A stretch of 64,000 bases of DNA from NCBI RefSeq assembly GCF_009914755.1, contig NC_060942.1; one strand, given 5' to 3'. This stretch comes from the human T2T-CHM13v2.0 reference genome, Homo sapiens. This document shows, in pieces, positions 54,801 to 64,000 of the stretch. The notes beneath the pieces were generated by a model, which saw nothing but the letters and a program-made list of their open reading frames with translations, searched no databases and was not told the origin of the DNA. Every line of letters begins with the position of its first letter. Within the stretch, counting starts at the first letter, position 1. The position numbers and the translations under genes are program-made.

Positions 54801-57800
54801 GGAATCTGCAAGTGGCTATTTGGCTAGATTTGAGGATTTCGTTGGAAACAGGATTACATATAAAAAGCAGCCAGCAGCATTCTCAGAAAGTTCTTTGTGA
54901 TGATTGCATTCAAGTCACAGAATTGAACATTCCCTTTCACAGAGCAGGTTTGAAACACTCTTTTTGTAGTGTGTGTAAGTGGACATTTGGAGCACTTACC
55001 GGCCTAAGGTGAAAAAGGAAATAATCTTCCCATAAAAACTAGACAGAAGCATTCTCAGAAACTTACTCGTGATGTGTGTCCTCAACTAAAGGAGTAGAAC
55101 CTTTCTTTTCATAGAGAAGTTTTGAAACGCTCTTTTTGTGGAATCTGCAAGTGGATATTTGGCTAGTTTTGAGGATTTCGTTGGAAGCGGGAATTCATAC
55201 AAATTGCAGACTGCAGCGTTCTGAGAAACATCTTTGTGATGTTTGTATTCAGGACACAGAGTTGAACATTCCCTATCATAGAGCAGGTTTGAATCACTCC
55301 TTTTGTAGTATCTGGAAGTGGACATTTGGAGCGCTTTCAGGCCTATGTTGGAAAAGGAAATATCTTCCCATAACAACTAGACAGAAGCATTCTCAGAAAC
55401 TTATTTGAGATGTGTGTACTCAACTAAGAGAATTGAACCACCGTTTTGAAGGAGCAGTTTTGAAACTCTCTTTTTCTGGAATCTGCAAGTGGATATTTGG
55501 CTAGCTTTGGGGATTTCGCTGGAAGCGGGAATACATATAAAAAGCACACAGCAGCGTTCTGAGAAACTGCTTTCTGATGTTTGCATTCAAGTCAAAAGTT
55601 GAACACTCCCTTTCATAGAGCAGTCCTGAAACACCCCTTTTGTAGTATCTGGAACTGGACTTTTGGAGCGATTTCAGGGCTAAGGTGAAAAAGGAAATAT
55701 CTTCCCATAAAAACTGGACAGAAGCATTCTCAGAAACTTGTTTATGCTGTATCTACTCAACTAACAAAGTTGAACCTTTCTTTTGATAGAGCAGTTTTGA
55801 AATGGTCTTTTTGTGGAATCTGCAAGTGGATATTTGGCTAGTTTTGAGGATTTCGTTGGAAGCGGGAATTCATACAAATTGCAGACTGCAGCGTTCTGAG
55901 AAACATCTTTGTGATGTTTGTATTCAGGACACAGAGTTGAACATTCCCTATCATAGAGCAGGTTGGAATCACTCCTTTTGTAGTATCTGGAAGTGGACAT
56001 TTGGAGCGCTTTCAGGCCTATTTTGGAAAGGGAAATATCTTCCCGTAACAACTATGCAGAAGCATTCTCAGAAACTTGTTTGTGATGTGTGCCCTCTACT
56101 GACAGAGTTGAACCTTTCTTTTCATAGAGCAGTTTTGAAACACTCTTTTTGTAGAATCTGCAAGAGGATATTTGCATAGCTTTGAGGATTTCGTGGGAAA
56201 CGGGATTGTCTTCAGGTAAAATCTAGACAGAAGCATTCTCAGAAACTTCTTTGGGATGTTTGCATTCAAGTCACAGAGTAGAACATTCCCTTTGGTAGAG
56301 CAGGTTTGAAACACTCTTTTTGTAGTATCTGGAAGTGGACATTTGGAGCGCTTTCAGGCCCATGTTGGAAAGGGAAATATCTTCCCGTAACAACTAGGCA
56401 GAAGCATTCTCAGAAACTTATTTGAGATGTGTGTACTCAACTAAGAGAATTGAACCACCGTTTTGAAGGAGCAGTTTTGAAACACTCTTTTTCTGGAATC
56501 TGCAAGAGTATATTTGCCTAGCCTTGAGGATTTCGTTGGAAACGGGATTGTCTTCAGAGAAAATCTAGACAGAAGCATTCTCAGAAACTTCTTTGGGATG
56601 CTTGCATTCAAGTCACAGAGTAGAACATTCCCTTTGGTAGAGCAGGTTTGAAACACTCTTTTTGTAGTATCTGGAAGTGGACATTTGGAGCGCTTTCAGG
56701 CCTACGTTGGAAAAGGAAATATCTTCCCATAACAACTAGACAGAAGCATTCTCAGAAACTAGTTTCTGATGTGTGTCCTCAACTAACAGAGTTGAACATT
56801 TCTTTAGACAGAACAGTTTTGAAACACTCTTTTTGTGGAATCTGCAAGTGGCTATTTGGCTAGATTTGAGGATTTCGTTGGAAACGGGATTACATATAAA
56901 AAGCAGCCAGCAGCATTCTCAGAAAGTTCTTTGTGATGATTGCATTCAAGTCACAGAATTGAACATTCCCTTTCACAGAGCAGGTTTGAAACACTCTTTT
57001 TGTAGTGTGTGTAAGTGGACATTTGGAGCACTTACCGGCCTAAGGTGAAAAAGGAAATAATCTTCCCATAAAAACTAGACAGAAGCATTCTCAGAAACTT
57101 ACTCGTGATGTGTGTCCTCAACTAAAGGAGTAGAACCTTTCTTTTCATAGAGAAGTTTTGAAACGCTCTTTTTGTGGAATCTGCAAGTGGATATTTGGCT
57201 AGTTTTGAGGATTTCGTTGGAAGCGGGAATTCATACAAATTGCAGACTGCAGCGTTCTGAGAAACATCTTTGTGATGTTTGTATTCAGGACACAGAGTTG
57301 AACATTCCCTATCATAGAGCAGGTTTGAATCACTCCTTTTGTAGTATCTGGAAGTGGACATTTGGAGCGCTTTCAGGCCTATGTTGGAAAAGGAAATATC
57401 TTCCCATAACAACTAGACAGAAGCATTCTCAGAAACTTATTTGAGATGTGTGTACTCAACTAAGAGAATTGAACCACCGTTTTGAAGGAGCAGTTTTGAA
57501 ACTCTCTTTTTCTGGAATCTGCAAGTGGATATTTGGCTAGCTTTGGGGATTTCGCTGGAAGCGGGAATACATATAAAAAGCACACAGCAGCGTTCTGAGA
57601 AACTGCTTTCTGATGTTTGCATTCAAGTCAAAAGTTGAACACTCCCTTTCATAGAGCAGTCCTGAAACACCCCTTTTGTAGTATCTGGAACTGGACTTTT
57701 GGAGCGATTTCAGGGCTAAGGTGAAAAAGGAAATATCTTCCCATAAAAACTGGACAGAAGCATTCTCAGAAACTTGTTTATGCTGTATCTACTCAACTAA

Positions 57801-60800
57801 CAAAGTTGAACCTTTCTTTTGATAGAGCAGTTTTGAAATGGTCTTTTTGTGGAATCTGCAAGTGGATATTTGGCTAGTTTTGAGGATTTCGTTGGAAGCG
57901 GGAATTCATACAAATTGCAGACTGCAGCGTTCTGAGAAACATCTTTGTGATGTTTGTATTCAGGACACAGAGTTGAACATTCCCTATCATAGAGCAGGTT
58001 GGAATCACTCCTTTTGTAGTATCTGGAAGTGGACATTTGGAGCGCTTTCAGGCCTATTTTGGAAAGGGAAATATCTTCCCGTAACAACTATGCAGAAGCA
58101 TTCTCAGAAACTTGTTTGTGATGTGTGCCCTCTACTGACAGAGTTGAACCTTTCTTTTCATAGAGCACTTTTGAAACACTCTTTTTGTAGAATCTGCAAG
58201 AGGATATTTGCATAGCTTTGAGGATTTCGTGGGAAACGGGATTGTCTTCAGGTAAAATCTAGACAGAAGCATTCTCAGAAACTTCTTTGGGATGTTTGCA
58301 TTCAAGTCACAGAGTAGAACATTCCCTTTGGTAGAGCAGGTTTGAAACACTCTTTTTGTAGTATCTGGAAGTGGACATTTGGAGCGCTTTCAGGCCCATG
58401 TTGGAAAGGGAAATATCTTCCCGTAACAACTAGGCAGAAGCATTCTCAGAAACTTATTTGAGATGTGTGTACTCAACTAAGAGAATTGAACCACCGTTTT
58501 GAAGGAGCAGTTTTGAAACACTCTTTTTCTGCAATCTGCAAGAGTATATTTGCCTAGCCTTGAGGATTTCGTTGGAAACGGGATTGTCTTCAGAGAAAAT
58601 CTAGACAGAAGCATTCTCAGAAACTTCTTTGGGATGCTTGCATTCAAGTCACAGAGTAGAACATTCCCTTTGGTAGAGCAGGTTTGAAACACTCTTTTTG
58701 TAGTATCTGGAAGTGGACATTTGGAGCGCTTTCAGGCCTACGTTGGAAAAGGAAATATCTTCCCATAACAACTAGACAGAAGCATTCTCAGAAACTAGTT
58801 TCTGATGTGTGTCCTCAACTAACAGAGTTGAACATTTCTTTAGACAGAACAGTTTTGAAACACTCTTTTTGTGGAATCTGCAAGTGGCTATTTGGCTAGA
58901 TTTGAGGATTTCGTTGGAAACGGGATTACATATAAAAAGCAGCCAGCAGCATTCTCAGAAAGTTCTTTGTGATGATTGCATTCAAGTCACAGAATTGAAC
59001 ATTCCCTTTCACAGAGCAGGTTTGAAACACTCTTTTTGTAGTGTGTGTAAGTGGACATTTGGAGCACTTACCGGCCTAAGGTGAAAAAGGAAATAATCTT
59101 CCCATAAAAACTAGACAGAAGCATTCTCAGAAACTTACTCGTGATGTGTGTCCTCAACTAAAGGAGTAGAACCTTTCTTTTCATAGAGAAGTTTTGAAAC
59201 GCTCTTTTTGTGGAATCTGCAAGTGGATATTTGGCTAGTTTTGAGGATTTCGTTGGAAGCGGGAATTCATACAAATTGCAGACTGCAGCGTTCTGAGAAA
59301 CATCTTTGTGATGTTTGTATTCAGGACACAGAGTTGAACATTCCCTATCATAGAGCAGGTTTGAATCACTCCTTTTGTAGTATCTGGAAGTGGACATTTG
59401 GAGCGCTTTCAGGCCTATGTTGGAAAAGGAAATATCTTCCCATAACAACTAGACAGAAGCATTCTCAGAAACTTATTTGAGATGTGTGTACTCAACTAAG
59501 AGAATTGAACCACCGTTTTGAAGGAGCAGTTTTGAAACTCTCTTTTTCTGGAATCTGCAAGTGGATATTTGGCTAGCTTTGGGGATTTCGCTGGAAGCGG
59601 GAATACATATAAAAAGCACACAGCAGCGTTCTGAGAAACTGCTTTCTGATGTTTGCATTCAAGTCAAAAGTTGAACACTCCCTTTCATAGAGCAGTCCTG
59701 AAACACCCCTTTTGTAGTATCTGGAACTGGACTTTTGGAGCGATTTCAGGGCTAAGGTGAAAAAGGAAATATCTTCCCATAAAAACTGGACAGAAGCATT
59801 CTCAGAAACTTGTTTATGCTGTATCTACTCAACTAACAAAGTTGAACCTTTCTTTTGATAGAGCAGTTTTGAAATGGTCTTTTTGTGGAATCTGCAAGTG
59901 GATATTTGGCTAGTTTTGAGGATTTCGTTGGAAGCGGGAATTCATACAAATTGCAGACTGCAGCGTTCTGAGAAACATCTTTGTGATGTTTGTATTCAGG
60001 ACACAGAGTTGAACATTCCCTATCATAGAGCAGGTTGGAATCACTCCTTTTGTAGTATCTGGAAGTGGACATTTGGAGCGCTTTCAGGCCTATTTTGGAA
60101 AGGGAAATATCTTCCCGTAACAACTATGCAGAAGCATTCTCAGAAACTTGTTTGTGATGTGTGCCCTCTACTGACAGAGTTGAACCTTTCTTTTCATAGA
60201 GCACTTTTGAAACACTCTTTTTGTAGAATCTGCAAGAGGATATTTGCATAGCTTTGAGGATTTCGTGGGAAACGGGATTGTCTTCAGGTAAAATCTAGAC
60301 AGAAGCATTCTCAGAAACTTCTTTGGGATGTTTGCATTCAAGTCACAGAGTAGAACATTCCCTTTGGTAGAGCAGGTTTGAAACACTCTTTTTGTAGTAT
60401 CTGGAAGTGGACATTTGGAGCGCTTTCAGGCCCATGTTGGAAAGGGAAATATCTTCCCGTAACAACTAGGCAGAAGCATTCTCAGAAACTTATTTGAGAT
60501 GTGTGTACTCAACTAAGAGAATTGAACCACCGTTTTGAAGGAGCAGTTTTGAAACACTCTTTTTCTGGAATCTGCAAGAGTATATTTGCCTAGCCTTGAG
60601 GATTTCGTTGGAAACGGGATTGTCTTCAGAGAAAATCTAGACAGAAGCATTCTCAGAAACTTCTTTGGGATGCTTGCATTCAAGTCACAGAGTAGAACAT
60701 TCCCTTTGGTAGAGCAGGTTTGAAACACTCTTTTTGTAGTATCTGGAAGTGGACATTTGGAGCGCTTTCAGGCCTACGTTGGAAAAGGAAATATCTTCCC

Positions 60801-63800
60801 ATAACAACTAGACAGAAGCATTCTCAGAAACTAGTTTCTGATGTGTGTCCTCAACTAACACAGTTGAACATTTCTTTAGACAGAACAGTTTTGAAACACT
60901 CTTTTTGTGGAATCTGCAAGTGGCTATTTGGCTAGATTTGAGGATTTCGTTGGAAACGGGATTACATATAAAAAGCAGTCAGCAGCATTCTCAGAAAGTT
61001 CTTTGTGATGATTGCATTCAAGTCACAGAATTGAACATTCCCTTTCACAGAGCAGGTTTGAAACACTCTTTTTGTAGTGTGTGTAAGTGGACATTTGGAG
61101 CACTTACCGGCCTAAGGTGAAAAAGGAAATAATCTTCCCATAAAAACTAGACAGAAGCATTCTCAGAAACTTACTCGTGATGTGTGTCCTCAACTAAAGG
61201 AGTAGAACCTTTCTTTTCATAGAGAAGTTTTGAAACGCTCTTTTTGTGGAATCTGCAAGTGGATATTTGGCTAGTTTTGAGGATTTCGTTGGAAGCGGGA
61301 ATTCATACAAATTGCAGACTGCAGCGTTCTGAGAAACATCTTTGTGATGTTTGTATTCAGGACACAGAGTTGAACATTCCCTATCATAGAGCAGGTTTGA
61401 ATCACTCCTTTTGTAGTATCTGGAAGTGGACATTTGGAGCGCTTTCAGGCCTATGTTGGAAAAGGAAATATCTTCCCATAACAACTAGACAGAAGCATTC
61501 TCAGAAACTTATTTGAGATGTGTGTACTCAACTAAGAGAATTGAACCACCGTTTTGAAGGAGCAGTTTTGAAACTCTCTTTTTCTGGAATCTGCAAGTGG
61601 ATATTTGGCTAGCTTTGGGGATTTCGCTGGAAGCGGGAATACATATAAAAAGCACACAGCAGCGTTCTGAGAAACTGCTTTCTGATGTTTGCATTCAAGT
61701 CAAAAGTTGAACACTCCCTTTCATAGGGCAGTCCTGAAACACCCCTTTTGTAGTATCTGGAACTGGACTTTTGGAGCGATTTCAGGGCTAAGGTGAAAAA
61801 GGAAATATCTTCCCATAAAAACTGGACAGAAGCATTCTCAGAAACTTGTTTATGCTGTATCTACTCAACTAACAAAGTTGAACCTTTCTTTTGATAGAGC
61901 AGTTTTGAAATGGTCTTTTTGTGGAATCTGCAAGTGGATATTTGGCTAGTTTTGAGGATTTCGTTGGAAGCGGGAATTCATACAAATTGCAGACTGCAGC
62001 GTTCTGAGAAACATCTTTGTGATGTTTGTATTCAGGACACAGAGTTGAACATTCCCTATCATAGAGCAGGTTGGAATCACTCCTTTTGTAGTATCTGGAA
62101 GTGGACATTTGGAGCGCTTTCAGGCCTATTTTGGAAAGGGAAATATCTTCCCGTAACAACTATGCAGAAGCATTCTCAGAAACTTGTTTGTGATGTGTGC
62201 CCTCTACTGACAGAGTTGAACCTTTCTTTTCATAGAGCAGTTTTGAAACACTCTTTTTGTAGAATCTGCAAGAGGATATTTGCATAGCTTTGAGGATTTC
62301 GTGGGAAACGGGATTGTCTTCAGGTAAAATCTAGACAGAAGCATTCTCAGAAACTTCTTTGGGATGTTTGCATTCAAGTCACAGAGTAGAACATTCCCTT
62401 TGGTAGAGCAGGTTTGAAACACTCTTTTTGTAGTATCTGGAAGTGGACATTTGGAGCGCTTTCAGGCCCATGTTGGAAAGGGAAATATCTTCCCGTAACA
62501 ACTAGGCAGAAGCATTCTCAGAAACTTATTTGAGATGTGTGTACTCAACTAAGAGAATTGAACCACCGTTTTGAAGGAGCAGTTTTGAAACACTCTTTTT
62601 CTGGAATCTGCAAGAGTATATTTGCCTAGCCTTGAGGATTTCGTTGGAAACGGGATTGTCTTCAGAGAAAATCTAGACAGAAGCATTCTCAGAAACTTCT
62701 TTGGGATGCTTGCATTCAAGTCACAGAGTAGAACATTCCCTTTGGTAGAGCAGGTTTGAAACACTCTTTTTGTAGTATCTGGAAGTGGACATTTGGAGCG
62801 CTTTCAGGCCTACGTTGGAAAAGGAAATATCTTCCCATAACAACTAGACAGAAGCATTCTCAGAAACTAGTTTCTGATGTGTGTCCTCAACTAACAGAGT
62901 TGAACATTTCTTTAGACAGAACAGTTTTGAAACACTCTTTTTGTGGAATCTGCAAGTGGCTATTTGGCTAGATTTGAGGATTTCGTTGGAAACGGGATTA
63001 CATATAAAAAGCAGTCAGCAGCATTCTCAGAAAGTTCTTTGTGATGATTGCATTCAAGTCACAGAATTGAACATTCCCTTTCACAGAGCAGGTTTGAAAC
63101 ACTCTTTTTGTAGTGTGTGTAAGTGGACATTTGGAGCACTTACCGGCCTAAGGTGAAAAAGGAAATAATCTTCCCATAAAAACTAGACAGAAGCATTCTC
63201 AGAAACTTACTCGTGATGTGTGTCCTCAACTAAAGGAGTAGAACCTTTCTTTTCATAGAGAAGTTTTGAAACGCTCTTTTTGTGGAATCTGCAAGTGGAT
63301 ATTTGGCTAGTTTTGAGGATTTCGTTGGAAGCGGGAATTCATACAAATTGCAGACTGCAGCGTTCTGAGAAACATCTTTGTGATGTTTGTATTCAGGACA
63401 CAGAGTTGAACATTCCCTATCATAGAGCAGGTTTGAATCACTCCTTTTGTAGTATCTGGAAGTGGACATTTGGAGCGCTTTCAGGCCTATGTTGGAAAAG
63501 GAAATATCTTCCCATAACAACTAGACAGAAGCATTCTCAGAAACTTATTTGAGATGTGTGTACTCAACTAAGAGAATTGAACCACCGTTTTGAAGGAGCA
63601 GTTTTGAAACTCTCTTTTTCTGGAATCTGCAAGTGGATATTTGGCTAGCTTTGGGGATTTCGCTGGAAGCGGGAATACATATAAAAAGCACACAGCAGCG
63701 TTCTGAGAAACTGCTTTCTGATGTTTGCATTCAAGTCAAAAGTTGAACACTCCCTTTCATAGGGCAGTCCTGAAACACCCCTTTTGTAGTATCTGGAACT

Positions 63801-63868
63801 GGACTTTTGGAGCGATTTCAGGGCTAAGGTGAAAAAGGAAATATCTTCCCATAAAAACTGGACAGAAG
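6861..63868 (+). repeat. Twenty-eight 2036-bp 12-mer HOR copies (H4-H31; right haplotype)
   Basis: Exact 2036-bp period in the ORF track from 6897 to 61869. Diagnostic alleles: m6 GATGCTTG (first at 7737), m8 1-bp insertion GGAAATAATCTT (first at 8195-8196), m12 CAGTCCTGAAAC. Confidence 0.95.
54837..54853 (+). other. Disrupted CENP-B box (m7 of H27)
   Basis: TTTCGTTGGAAACAGGA: G>A at 54850 turns the essential CGGG into CAGG. Confidence 0.88.
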
Positions 63869-64000
63869 CATTCTCAGAAACTTGTTTATGCTGTATCTAC
63901 TCAACTAACAAAGTTGAACCTTTCTTTTGATAGAGCAGTTTTGAAATGGTCTTTTTGTGGAATCTGCAAGTGGATATTTGGCTAGTTTTGAGGATTTCGT

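Larger units (their letters stand above)
1..64000 (+). repeat. Centromeric alpha-satellite higher-order repeat array (12-mer HOR, about 2.04 kb period), single orientation
   Basis: Seen: the CATTCTCAGAAA/CGTTCTGAGAAA landmark recurs at 81, 248, 419, 590, 761, 932, 1103, 1270, 1441, 1608, 1779, 1946, 2116 (monomers 167,171,171,171,171,171,167,171,167,171,167,170 = 2035 bp). The ORF track repeats every 2035/2036 bp. Established: ~171-bp monomers carrying CENP-B boxes define alpha satellite. Confidence 0.99.
1..64000 (+). repeat. D18Z1: Probable identity: human chromosome 18 active centromeric array D18Z1 (SF2 dimeric family)
   Basis: Seen: 12-mer HOR, CENP-B box in every second monomer, EcoRI GAATTC at 222, 1582, 2257 giving 1360-bp (8-mer) and 675-bp (4-mer) fragments. 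Recalled: D18Z1 is a 12-mer with EcoRI units of about 1.36 and 0.68 kb. Not verified by alignment. Confidence 0.85.

Noticed and set aside
117-63730. Recurrent 61-125 aa ORFs on both strands
   Set aside because: They recur with the satellite period, overlap in conflicting frames, many use non-ATG starts and none resembles a protein family; these are chance open frames of alpha satellite.
4151-63868. Possible super-period of 18-19 HORs (about 37-39 kb) relating H3-H12 to H22-H31
   Set aside because: Only some copy pairs match at either offset, and the m7 and m12 block markers disagree, so a segmental duplication is not supported.
1-64000. CRISPR-like repeat/spacer reading of the recurring CAGAAGCATTCTCAGAAAC motif
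   Set aside because: Intervening sequences are homologous monomers rather than unique spacers, the period is about 171 bp and there are no cas genes.
1-64000. Transposon insertion, inversion or non-satellite island
   Set aside because: The exact 2035/675/2036 spacing accounts for every base and all CENP-B boxes are on the same strand.

Overview
The whole 64 kb is one uninterrupted, head-to-tail primate centromeric alpha-satellite array, with no supportable genes, RNAs, transposons or inversions; every ORF in the track is an artefact of the repeat. Monomers of 167-172 bp alternate between CENP-B-box and A-box types and form a 12-monomer higher-order repeat (HOR). The 12-mer size, dimeric layout and EcoRI spacing of 1360 + 675 bp best match the active human chromosome 18 array D18Z1 (suprachromosomal family 2); this assignment is from recall, not a search. 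I phase HORs at the CATTCTCAGAAA at 81 and number monomers m1-m12 from there (my own numbering). The layout is three 2035-bp HORs (H1-H3, 81-6185), one 675-bp 4-mer variant (6186-6860), then 28 HORs of 2036 bp (H4-H31, 6861-63868), with partial units at both ends. I found no new biological system. The interesting signal is the record of array evolution: a chimeric 4-mer at the boundary between two HOR haplotypes, a near-identical central expansion, shuffled variants on its flanks, one broken CENP-B box and an 18-bp palindrome per HOR. Variant calls were read by eye with help from the ORF track, so some may be missed.
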